Assembly: GCA_045566075.1 (NCBI GenBank)
Contig: JBJLEE010000005.1
Coordinates: forward strand, 1-64,000
Direction: 5' to 3'
Origin: Pirellulaceae bacterium
GTDB taxonomy: Bacteria > Planctomycetota > Planctomycetia > Pirellulales > Pirellulaceae
Length of the DNA stretch: 64,000 nucleotides
The notes beneath the pieces were generated by a model. It did no database searches, was not told where the DNA came from, and saw nothing but the letters and a program-made list of their open reading frames with translations. This document shows positions 27,323 through 38,600 of this stretch, in pieces. A program made the translations under genes and the position numbers. Every line of letters starts with the position of its first letter. The stretch's first letter is position 1.

Positions 27323-27476
27323 CTCTCAAGTGGCACGCCGTGTTCGGAGTGTTGCCTGTCATGTGATGTCACTTCGGTAAGTATGACCTCGCAATTCCCT
27401 CGCCAGAATCTCAGACTGTGTCAAAATACGGACAAGATCCATCAGGGGCAGATCTGAACGACAGGCATTTGACGTC

Positions 27477-28718
27477 ATGGAACTAGACATGAGTGCCGAG
27501 AACACTCCAAGTCAGAGGCACGGTCTCGTTGCGAATCTGATTAACAGTTGGCGATCCGGTATCAGACCGGATGCCAAACAGTGTATTACCGAATTCGATT
27601 GGCTGCGTGATGATAAGTCAGCGGTGATTGATTTGGCTTACGAGGAATACTGCTTACGCACGGAGGCAGGTGAGTCCATAGACACCAGCCAGTTTTGCGG
27701 TCTCTTTTCTTCGGTGTTTCAGGAATCACTTTACCGACGAATTGATGTCCACTGCATGATATCGGAAGATCTGCAACCGGAATACGGCCTGGAAGATGAG
27801 CTGATTCCGGGGTTTGAAATCGTGCGGCAAATTGGCCGTGGTAGCTTTGCAGTCGTATACGAAGCACTGGAATTACGACTCGGAATGCGACGCGTAGTGC
27901 TCAAGGTGACATCACTCGGTGATCGTGAAGCACGCATTCTCGGGCAGTTAGATCACGTTGGCATTATGCCGGTACACAGTGTCTTTGATATTCCAGATGG
28001 GCGGTCTGCAATCTGCATGCCCTTTCTTGGCACCGAAACTCTCGGAAATACCATTCGTAGAATCGGGCCTCTTCCTGTGTCGACAGCGTTGAGATTTGCC
28101 ATCGGAATAGCCATTGCCCTCGAGCATGCTCACTCCAGACATGTACTTCATCTGGACCTTAAGCCGCATAATATCCTGATCGACGAAAATGATCACCCTG
28201 TACTGATGGACTTTAATTTGGCTTCCGACAGGCTTACGAAACACTCCCATGTTGGAGGTACTCTCCACTACATGGCGCCCGAACAACTCAAGTCACTCGT
28301 ACTCAAGCATGGCAAGGTGCGAGCCTTGTCTGAGAAGAGTGATGTTTATTCGTTTGGTGTGATGCTCTTTGAAATGATCATGGGACACCGTCCGTTTGAA
28401 TGCACTGATGTGATGGCCGATTCCTTTGAACAGGCGCGCATCCTTGTACAGCAACAACTTTCCAGTGAAAGAGTGGTCAACCTCTTACACAGACATACCA
28501 CACATGCTGTGTCTTCTGTCATTTCCAGATGTTTGTCGTATTCACCTGAGGATCGGTACCGGACGGTTGGTGAATTGTTAGTGGATTTGAATCGCCAGTT
28601 TTCGATCACTGCACGAATTGGTCGGTGGCTCAATCGAAAGCCGTCACCACCTGTTCCCAATAATCTTTGTTCCAATCACCCAACGATCAAAATCCAGGAT
28701 CATGGAAATAAACCGTGA
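27477..28718 (+). CDS. Ser/Thr protein kinase-like protein (non-RD, DFN variant)
   Basis: IGRGSFAVVYEA...VVLKV, HLDLKPHNILID (HRD replaced by HLD), DFNLASD (DFG replaced by DFN) and HYMAPEQ. The protein is 413 aa with no TM segment. Confidence 0.7.
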   Translation: MELDMSAENTPSQRHGLVANLINSWRSGIRPDAKQCITEFDWLRDDKSAVIDLAYEEYCLRTEAGESIDTSQFCGLFSSVFQESLYRRIDVHCMISEDLQPEYGLEDELIPGFEIVRQIGRGSFAVVYEALELRLGMRRVVLKVTSLGDREARILGQLDHVGIMPVHSVFDIPDGRSAICMPFLGTETLGNTIRRIGPLPVSTALRFAIGIAIALEHAHSRHVLHLDLKPHNILIDENDHPVLMDFNLASDRLTKHSHVGGTLHYMAPEQLKSLVLKHGKVRALSEKSDVYSFGVMLFEMIMGHRPFECTDVMADSFEQARILVQQQLSSERVVNLLHRHTTHAVSSVISRCLSYSPEDRYRTVGELLVDLNRQFSITARIGRWLNRKPSPPVPNNLCSNHPTIKIQDHGNKP

Positions 28719-30606
28719 ACTTAGGTAGGCGTCCCGGTGAACTTGCTGACTTGCGGTAACGAGATGCGAGTATTCGCGGGATAAGCTCTGGTATTTCACT
28801 CGAAAATTCCGGGATCCTGTTGATGATGACGACAGCTGGCTGGTGCTCGTCCAATAATCCAATGTAATAGTCTTCAATTTCGTCAGTTGTCATCCCGGCT
28901 GTACCAAAGAAGTCATACATCACAGCCGTGGGATTCTTCTTCTCTGACAAGAAATATACTTCCGGGCAATCCGGGAATGCCAGAATCGTGTCGTTTTCAT
29001 TTGTTAAGGATCTGACCAAAGTTTTAAGGAATTGATATTCAGCGAGATCTGACGTGTCGACAGTGAGTCCAAGTCTCGGAATATCATCGCTTTGCATATA
29101 ACTGGCGACGGGAGTCTGGTTGTGTCGCACCCCGAAGCCACGAATGTAACTCGTGTTGAGCCACAGTACACCAAATAACAGCAGCAGTATTTGTGCGGCC
29201 CACCACGTCTTGTTTGGTTTTGGATCGGTGGTCGCATCAGGGTCTGCATGCAAGAGGACAATCGCGGTGAGGAGAACAATTGGAGCGGTATAACAAAAGT
29301 AAATTCCAAATGAATACGGGTACTGAATGAGAGATATTAAACCCGTCATAGCGCAACCAACAAATAAAACGTAACGCTTGCTGTTCGTCCTTTCATGTTT
29401 GATCACGTGAACGGCTAGAAGAACACACAATGCCGGTACGATCATGCGAATCGAATGAAAGGTCCAAACATAAACACTGTTAGCGAGTGTGGTGCCGGGA
29501 AATACGAAATAGGCAATGAGCAATAACAGTGAACCGGCAGTTATCAATCCTATGGCAAGCAATCGGTCATTTTTATTACAGCTCCCGTTGCTCTTATAGA
29601 AACAGAACAATGACAGAGCGCAGGGAATCATATAGAAGAGCGGTGGTAATGCCATTTCCGCATGTCCAAGTCGTTGTTGAGGTAGTACCAGAACTCCGTG
29701 GAGTAAATCCCCAACAGCGTTCTCAGATAAATACGGTATCAATAGCACCAAGATTGGAATGGCCGTACACCCCAATGCGATAGAGAACGGCTTAACGCAT
29801 CGAACGATTAATACACGAAGGTCCATGTCCGCAGAAATTGCACCATGGAACAATATTGCACTGGTTATTGCGACCGGTAGAACAAGCATCACACACTCGT
29901 TGATCCCCAAGTGATACTTGATCAATGCGATTACCAGCCCAACGAGTGTCACGCCAATGACAGCCACAGCTAGATTTGTTGGAAGTCTACTGTTGCTTGT
30001 TGTACCCTCCGGCAGACTTTGGCAGTGCAGTTGTCGATAAACGATGCACAACAATGTGGCAGCAAGCGGGTACAAGCCGACAATCTTAATGCAGATGCTG
30101 ATGCCGCACATCAACCCGGCTATCATGAGCCACTTCGATGACAGACTATCGCCATATTTGAGAAGTGCGAAAAGTGTCCAACTTGCAAATGCCAATGTGT
30201 ACCACGTCGGAAGTGCGGCAAGGTAGTTTGGGAAACTCCAGGTCAGACAAACAAGCGTTGTTGTCGCAGCAGCAATTGGGGTGATAAAACGCGCAGCCAC
30301 AAGATACCACGCCGGAATCGTGAGCAATGCTGTGATGAATAAGCAAAGACGGATGGAGTACAACGAAACTCCGAATGCAGACATGGATGCCGCATGCAGG
30401 TAAGAAAGGCCTCCGGTGTATGCATCTTGAAAGTCATGATGAGGTAATTCACCGTTTAACACTCGGTTGGCAGACTGTGCCAGTAATCCTTCATCATGAG
30501 GGATCCACTCATACGGTAGTTTGCAAAATAGATAGATTCCACCAATGACCATTACGCATAACAGCGGCAGAGCGAGTTTAGGCACATTGTATTTGTTTGA
30601 GTGCAC
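28687..30606 (-). CDS. GT-C fold glycosyltransferase of the ArnT/PMT (GT39/GT83-like) family, multi-pass membrane protein
   Basis: N-terminal YEWIPHDEGLLAQSANRVLNGELPHHDFQDAYTGGLSYL, then 12 or more hydrophobic helices. The start codon directly abuts the stop of the upstream methyltransferase gene at 30607. Confidence 0.6.
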   Translation of the reverse strand: MHSNKYNVPKLALPLLCVMVIGGIYLFCKLPYEWIPHDEGLLAQSANRVLNGELPHHDFQDAYTGGLSYLHAASMSAFGVSLYSIRLCLFITALLTIPAWYLVAARFITPIAAATTTLVCLTWSFPNYLAALPTWYTLAFASWTLFALLKYGDSLSSKWLMIAGLMCGISICIKIVGLYPLAATLLCIVYRQLHCQSLPEGTTSNSRLPTNLAVAVIGVTLVGLVIALIKYHLGINECVMLVLPVAITSAILFHGAISADMDLRVLIVRCVKPFSIALGCTAIPILVLLIPYLSENAVGDLLHGVLVLPQQRLGHAEMALPPLFYMIPCALSLFCFYKSNGSCNKNDRLLAIGLITAGSLLLLIAYFVFPGTTLANSVYVWTFHSIRMIVPALCVLLAVHVIKHERTNSKRYVLFVGCAMTGLISLIQYPYSFGIYFCYTAPIVLLTAIVLLHADPDATTDPKPNKTWWAAQILLLLFGVLWLNTSYIRGFGVRHNQTPVASYMQSDDIPRLGLTVDTSDLAEYQFLKTLVRSLTNENDTILAFPDCPEVYFLSEKKNPTAVMYDFFGTAGMTTDEIEDYYIGLLDEHQPAVVIINRIPEFSSEIPELIPRILASRYRKSASSPGRLPKFTVYFHDPGF

Positions 30607-31356
30607 TTAGTCTTCCATCACGTGATTCACAGTGGCGGAGATCATTAAGGAACTGCCAAACGGAATTGGTAGTGGCGTAATCAGGGCCTGCTCGATTCGA
30701 GAAAGTGTAAAACAGCATGTGTTCATGATGGCGTTTGGCACTTCGGCCGGTTTCGGATCACTTCGGAAAAGTGCTTCTTTTGCACGAACAAGCACCTTGG
30801 CCGGAAACGTCCAGTGAAAGAAGTACTTCATCTTGTCGATTCTTATGCCCGTACCATCGGCCATGCCTGCAAAAGTCTTTTTGTTGTATCGCGTGAAGTG
30901 ATGGTTATAGTCGTCATGCCTCGTCCAGAGGGAATTGAACGCTGGTACCGTCATTAGAATCTGTGCACCTGGATTCACATGCTTGCAGAGATGACGCAGA
31001 ACATCTGCTGGTTGTTCGATGTGTTCAAGTACATCCAGCAGTATTACCCAGTCAAATCTCTTCTGAGGTGCAAACGTCTCGTCGATATTTCCGGTATAGA
31101 TGTCGGCGCAGTTCGGATTGTCCGGGTTTATTAATTCCGTATTGGGTTCGACACCAGATACAGTTCCGAACTGTTTGAGTTTGGGGAAAAACAAAGCATC
31201 ACCACAGCCAATATCCAGAATCTCTCTGGTATGGGAATCGAGATCACTTTGCTCATGCCAGCGCCGGAGTATTTTTAAGATGAAGCGTTCGCGGCTTCGC
31301 CACCACCAGTGCTGGTCGTAGAGCTGTCTGTAATTGATTGCGTATTCTGAGTCCAC
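30607..31356 (-). CDS. Class I SAM-dependent methyltransferase
   Basis: Motif I ILDIGCGDALF and motif post-I VSGVEP. Overlaps the 3' end of the GT2 gene. Confidence 0.7.
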   Translation of the reverse strand: MDSEYAINYRQLYDQHWWWRSRERFILKILRRWHEQSDLDSHTREILDIGCGDALFFPKLKQFGTVSGVEPNTELINPDNPNCADIYTGNIDETFAPQKRFDWVILLDVLEHIEQPADVLRHLCKHVNPGAQILMTVPAFNSLWTRHDDYNHHFTRYNKKTFAGMADGTGIRIDKMKYFFHWTFPAKVLVRAKEALFRSDPKPAEVPNAIMNTCCFTLSRIEQALITPLPIPFGSSLMISATVNHVMED

Positions 31357-32303
31357 GAATCAGAGCTCGTTATTACTTGTTGCACAATATAAGGAGGGCG
31401 TCCTTTGACTTCTTCAAAGATCCGTCCGATGTATTCACCAAGGATTCCAAGAAATAGTAACTGCACTCCAGCGAAGAACGAAAGCAGGATATAGACCGCG
31501 GTAAATCCTGTCGGAGCATCTTCGGTGGCACCACAGTATTTCACTAAAATCGCGTACACTGAAAACCCAATGGCAAACAGGATTGTCAGTCCGCCCAGAT
31601 ATGCAGCAAAGCGGAGTGGTAGCAATGAAAAAGAAAAGACTCCATCCATCGCCAGTTTCATTAGCCCGCGAAAATTGTACTTGGGAACCCCCGCAGCGCG
31701 TGCATCCCGCTCGACCTCAAGACCGATTTGATTGAACCCAACCCAACTTCGGATGCCACGCAAATACCGATGGCGATCTGATGATTGTTTCAATACATCA
31801 ATGACCGGTTTGCGAATGATAGAAAAATCTCCGCTGTCAGTTGGTAACGGAGTCCGGCTGAGCCATTTCAGCATGCGGTAGTACAACCGATAGCACGCGC
31901 GTTTTAGGAAATTCTCTTTGCGTTTGACGCGTATAGCGTAAACAACATCATATCCCTCATTTAGTTTTTCGAGCATGCGAGGGATTTGTTCCGGTGGATC
32001 CTGAAGATCACCGTCCATCAGTACGACGGCGTCACCCGTTACGTAGTCCAGTGCAGCAGCATAGGCCGGTTGTTGCCCGAAATTCCGAGACAGCTTTACC
32101 ACCTTTATGCGGTCGTCTTGTTTTGCCGCATCAGTGAGTATGGAAAGTGTTTCGTCAGCAGACCCGTCATCTACAAGAACGACTTCGTGCGGACCATTCG
32201 GCAGTCCATCAATCACGGAGGTGATTCGCTGGATAAGTTCCGGTAAGACGGTTTCTTCATTGAAAACCGGAATGGCAATGGAGATCTTTTCAATTTGTCT
32301 CAT
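31275..32303 (-). CDS. GT2 glycosyltransferase of the polyprenyl-phosphate sugar synthase type (ArnC/DPM1-like) with C-terminal TM helices
   Basis: ISIAIPVFNEETVLPELIQRI...VVLVDDGSADET...VVLMDGDLQDPPEQIP and the terminus EYIGRIFEEVKGRPPYIV. The start was set at the internal MRQIEK (the listed ORF begins 129 nt upstream). ATGA overlap with the upstream methyltransferase stop. Confidence 0.8.
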   Translation of the reverse strand: MRQIEKISIAIPVFNEETVLPELIQRITSVIDGLPNGPHEVVLVDDGSADETLSILTDAAKQDDRIKVVKLSRNFGQQPAYAAALDYVTGDAVVLMDGDLQDPPEQIPRMLEKLNEGYDVVYAIRVKRKENFLKRACYRLYYRMLKWLSRTPLPTDSGDFSIIRKPVIDVLKQSSDRHRYLRGIRSWVGFNQIGLEVERDARAAGVPKYNFRGLMKLAMDGVFSFSLLPLRFAAYLGGLTILFAIGFSVYAILVKYCGATEDAPTGFTAVYILLSFFAGVQLLFLGILGEYIGRIFEEVKGRPPYIVQQVITSSDSWTQNTQSITDSSTTSTGGGEAANASS

Positions 32304-32917
32304 ACTGCCACTCCTGTAGCACGTTGTGCTCCCTTGAAGTACACCATGCTCCATAGTTTGACGCCAAGACCTCTTACCGCAAATGGTTCGCAATGGATCG
32401 TGGAAAATACATCTGAAAAGATCTCGCGCCAACGTGTGATGGGTCGCGCAAAGTCTCCACGGTCATTTCGTGCCAGCCAGCGGGCGATACAGCGTTTTTC
32501 AGGAAGGACGAGATCGAGGATATGAATGCTTCCGTTGGGCGTCAGCAAATCGTGCAGACAGTTTAGGATCTTGTAGGTATTCTCGTCATCAATGTGATGA
32601 AGAAAACTATTCAAAAAGATGTAGTCGAATGCCTGACCATCATCCGGTTGATAAGTGCACACATCGCACTGAAGGAACTCACCCGGATAACGTCGTTTGG
32701 CATTTTGGATGTATCGCTCATTGATATCCAGCCCAAGATACTTCGCGTGGGTAAAGTACTTTGCGTTCGTACCGGGTCCACAGCCTACATCCAATACTTT
32801 GACCGCTTGTGACAAGGAACTATCCTTGCGCACCGGTTTCATTTTTTGGTAGGCGAATGGAAATTGCCAGATCCTATACATGATCGGCAAGTCGAGAATA
32901 TCGCGGATTCCAGCCAT
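32300..32917 (-). CDS. Class I SAM-dependent methyltransferase
   Basis: VLDVGCGPGTNAKYF glycine-rich SAM motif, 205 aa. First gene of the minus-strand MTase-GT2-MTase-GT39 run. Confidence 0.7.
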   Translation of the reverse strand: MAGIRDILDLPIMYRIWQFPFAYQKMKPVRKDSSLSQAVKVLDVGCGPGTNAKYFTHAKYLGLDINERYIQNAKRRYPGEFLQCDVCTYQPDDGQAFDYIFLNSFLHHIDDENTYKILNCLHDLLTPNGSIHILDLVLPEKRCIARWLARNDRGDFARPITRWREIFSDVFSTIHCEPFAVRGLGVKLWSMVYFKGAQRATGVAV

Positions 32918-33101
32918 TTTTTCAGTATAAACACGGATGGATGCAACTCAGTCTGTTGTGCGAAGCAACCACAGCAATGCAGGAAAAACTGCGAACGGTT
33001 GTAACGAATATGCTACTTGGTAACCCGCACGGTCTGTAGCACAAGCAAAGCAGATGGTATCGATTCAGTTGAACCGACCCTGAGGTGTCCGTCATGGACC
33101 C

Positions 33102-33185
33102 AAAGAAGCGGAGGGCACGGGACTCGAACCCGCAACCCGTTAGACGGGCGCCTGATTTCGAATCAGGTTGCTAGCCAATTCGCCT
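33102..33185 (-). tRNA. tRNA-Ser (anticodon CGA), class II with a long variable arm
   Basis: Reverse complement reads GGAGGGT...CCTGA-TTCGAAA-TCAGG (anticodon CGA), variable stem-loop CCCGTCTAACGGG, T-arm GCGGG-TTCGAGT-CCCGT, and a 3' acceptor strand GCCCTCC pairing with the 5' GGAGGGT. No encoded CCA. The exact 5' and 3' ends are uncertain by 1 nt. Confidence 0.8.
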
Positions 33186-33564
33186 ACCCTCCGGTGCTTC
33201 TATTCATAATCTCAGCCGCGCTTTTTAACAAGATGACAGACCGTGCTAACCGCGCTGATCGGACTGCTAACGCCGTCCGCTACGGTCGTCATAACCGGAC
33301 CGTCATAACCGTACCAGCTATTACTTTGAGAACCATTTGGGTGCGACTGTACCGTTCGCTCCGTTGGCACCCGCTGTTCGGATTCTCGCAAATGGTCGCA
33401 ACGTAAAGCCAAACATGTAAATTCTGTTTTTTTGTGAATTCCATTGTCGATAGTAATCGTGCCGCAACAAGGAACAGGCCGTTGGTCTGAAATCTTATTG
33501 CATCGATCGTTCTGCATCTTGTATGAGGCTGAGCCTCGTCAAACAAGGTAATTGGATTGACATC

Positions 33565-33867
33565 ATGAAACGTAAATATCGAATTGTGACTCGAGGACGC
33601 GATGGTAGCTTGCGAATGCAGGACTACTCAAGCGAAAAGAAACTGGTTAGCGACTATAGCCAGATAGGTGTTGACGATTACAACACAGATCTGAGCATGC
33701 GTGGACTTCCCATTCTGCGGGGATTGGTTGGTCCTCTATTAGACGGCGCTGAAGCAGTTCGTTATGAGTCACCCGATGTGTTTCAGCAATTGACTAAAGA
33801 GTGGGCTTTGTCCGCTCCAAAAAGTCGTCGTCAGTCCAGCAGTAATGACATGGAGATTGCTCAGTAG
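33565..33867 (+). CDS. Hypothetical small protein
   Basis: ORF 33523-33867. A plausible start is MKRKYRIV. It is followed by a strong intrinsic terminator. Confidence 0.35.
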   Translation: MKRKYRIVTRGRDGSLRMQDYSSEKKLVSDYSQIGVDDYNTDLSMRGLPILRGLVGPLLDGAEAVRYESPDVFQQLTKEWALSAPKSRRQSSSNDMEIAQ

Positions 33868-33908
33868 ACTCTCGACTCTCTCGTTTACCAGAACATCTCC
33901 ACAATCTC

Positions 33909-33938
33909 TGGGGCTCCCCACGCGGGAGCCCCTTTTTT
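33909..33938 (+). terminator. Rho-independent terminator
   Basis: GGGGCTCCCC-acgc-GGGAGCCCC followed by TTTTTTT. Confidence 0.65.
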
Positions 33939-33991
33939 TGTGCGCCGGTATATGCTTTTCTGAATGTCGACAACGGCGTAAGATCTAAGTC

Positions 33992-35458
<1,467 letters not shown>

Positions 35459-35681
35459 GCTCATTCCCCCCCTGAGGATAGGACTGCAACGCATCCTTGC
35501 TTGCAGCTGCACATAAAACGGAACAATCCGCTCATGGCTAATGCTAGAAGGTAATCTATTTACCGTGAAATGACCTAGGTCGGTTTTGTTGAATTATTGA
35601 AATACGTCGGAAATCGCTCTCGTATCAACATGTCCAGACGAGATATAATCCCTTCTCTGGTTATGACATGAAGTCATTGAT

Positions 35682-38600
35682 TTGGACAAGGAAGTCCTTT
35701 TGATTACTCTCGATGAGTACAAATCCCGATTGAGTGCAACTAAGCGCCCACGCGTGCGCCGATTCTTGTTGACCGGATTGTGCATTTGGATCACATCTTT
35801 GATCTGGCAGCAAGCAGGATTTGCACAGCAGCCAATGAATCGGCCCATGATTCAAGGTCAGGGTCCGATGACTCGTGATGTCATTAATCGTCCGATGATT
35901 GCACCAATGCAATCTGATGCAAATAGTGGTCGAGCCGGCCCGCCTATGGCATCGCCCGCTACCTATATCGATAAGACTCCTGTTTTTGACGGCGAAGGTA
36001 ATCTTGCTAACAAAAACACGCTTTATGTGCGTCTGCGTGTTATGTGGGGAGGTAAGGCACCGAAATCCTGGACGGGTCGAGTGTCACTTGAGTCCGGCCA
36101 CTTTGCCAGGTTGACTTCGTTGTCCATGGAAGCCAACCCGTCTGCGGTTATCGAACAATCACGCACATCCATCCTTGTTAAAAAAGTGGGACAACGCAGT
36201 TACGACGGATTCGATGTGTTTATTGCCGGATCAGTGAATGCAAAAGTCATTGTCGAACTGGTGGATGAAGCCCAGAAAACAAATCGTGTGAGTTATAAGC
36301 TGGCAGTGACCGAAATTCTCACGGCACCATTTCAACGGGTAATTGATGACGAAGGTAATCGATTCAAGGTGAGGAGGTCACCCGGCGACCAAATCCATGT
36401 ACAACTGCAGCGCAATGATCTGGTGTTTTCACCAGGAGAATCACTGGTCATGAATGTCCAGCCATATGCAATCGGCCTGCGGCCCAATAATCAGTACCAG
36501 TTGGATGTTAATGTATTGCCGTATCGCAGTAGTGACGTAATCAACACACAGAGCATTTCTTTTAAACCTGCCGAAAATCAAGTCGGCGATACGATTCCTA
36601 ATGTGACGGTGCCGATTCCTCATAAACCGGGAATCTACAATATTGACGTGAGCGTACGAAGTAGCCGATTCGTCGACTCGTTTGTCAGACTTACCCCGAT
36701 CGCTCAACGACGCATTCAGTTTGTCGTTGTGCCGGACAAGCACGAACGTAGTGAGTCACGACCAGAGCAAGTTGAAGTGATGCGGTTTGACCCCACGGAT
36801 GTTAGCTGGTGGGATAAATTCAATGCCCTGCATCATTTAGATCATCTGAATGTTCTTACAGACGTCAAAATCCAACCGCGAAATAATGGTAAGACCTCGA
36901 CGCTCGCTCAATCAGAGGGTAAATGGCTCGCTCCCGAACAAGTGGAATCTGAAAGTGAATTGTTTACATCCATTGGTGTGAGTGGCTGGCAGTCATATCC
37001 GCTGCATTGCGAGGATTTATATAAGCCGCATGTATTGGAAGTCGTTCTTCCGGCGGACGTCCAGCAGAGTATTGGGATTTCGATTCTTGAACCGGATGCA
37101 TCCGGGAGCTTGCATCCGGTGCATCGTGATTTTGGGTTCTTTCAGGATTCGTCACGGTGGACCAATGCAGAAGGCCAACAGATTCAACGAATTGTATTTT
37201 GGCCGCGAACCCAAACCCCAGTGATGCTTCTTACGAATCATCATCCAACAAAATCAGCGATTTTTAAAGAAGTGGTTGTGAAACAGGTGCTTGGCAAAAT
37301 CGGTGATCTCAATCGTCAATTTGAGCCATCGGCGAGGGATACGCGTGACGTTCTGGCGATGTTAGAGAAACCCCTCTTTCCGGAACTCTTTGGAGTATCG
37401 GGTACTCTGGATGAAATATCGCGAGCCGTTCTGGATGACTGGCACACGTTTTATATAGGTAGCAATCGCCTGGCGGACTATCTTGAATTTGCCGGCTACA
37501 GTGGCGCATCCGTGGCCGTTGTTTGCGAAGGGAGTACGCTTTATCCAACCTCCCAAATTGGATCCACTCCGAAGTATGAAAGTGGTGTGCTGTTTAGTAA
37601 CGGTCAGGATCCAGTTCAAAAGGATGTTGTGGAACTGCTGTTTAAGACGTTTGATTCACGTGGTTTAAAACTTGTTCCATCGATCCAATTCAATATGCCG
37701 TTGACTCAGCTCGATACTCAGACAAGTGGTACCGGAGAACTGGCTGGCACCTTATTGCGAGATGGCGTTGGGCGAACTTGGAATCAAAGGTTCAGCACAG
37801 ATCGAGGTCTCGGTCCCTACTACAATCCACTTAACGTTCATGTGCAGAAGGCGATGATCGACGTCGTGCGTGAACTGGTTGATCGCTATGGACATCACCC
37901 GAGCTTTGGCGGAGTGATGATTGCTATGACCCCGAATGGTTATACCCATTTCCCTTCATCTCATTGGGGTTTGGACGTTGAAACCGTCAATCAGTTTGTT
38001 GGCCAGGTAGAGCCTGATAGTGCAGACGCCTTGATGAGTCATCAACAACGCGTGCAGGCGATTAAGAGTGAGTTGCGACAGCCGTGGTTAACCTGGCGCA
38101 GCCAGAAGCTAAGTGAGTTTTATTCACGTATCGCTGAAGCAGTTCAGAGTCAGGCTGCAGGAGCTAAGTTGTATTTGTCACCGGGTGAATTGTTCAACGA
38201 CCCACTGGTCAGGCGGCAGTTGCAACCACGTCTGGCAGTCGATGTGCCGTTTGATGAAGTAATGTTGGAAAAGGGTGTCAAGCCAGACGCGTTTCCAGCA
38301 AGTAGCGCGCTTGTTTGGATGCATCCAAACAAGTGTGTCCCCATTCATGATCTTGCTAAACAGGCAAGTGATGTTGCCATTCAACGCGATGCGAGATTTT
38401 CACGTTGGTCCGGAACTCACATGCAGTCCGCTTCGGTTATCCAGCATACACCTCATTCAAGATCTCTCCCTGGGTTGGATAAGGTGAGCGCGTTTGGCGT
38501 TGGATCAGCCGATACGTGGCTGATCAGTACACTCGCTGCCACGGAAGGCGAGGCAAGAAAACCATTTATCGAATCGCTCGTTAAGTCGGACACGTTTCAT

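Noticed and set aside
27325-27345. TGGCAC at 27327-27332 as a possible sigma-54 -24 element near the sigma-54-activator-containing window
   Set aside because: The required TTGC -12 element is not present at the correct spacing (TGGCAC-gccgt-GTTCG).
33190-33520. Possible small RNA or integration scar between tRNA-Ser and the next gene
   Set aside because: No convincing terminator, no conserved motif, and no repeat of the tRNA 3' end. It cannot be supported from sequence alone.
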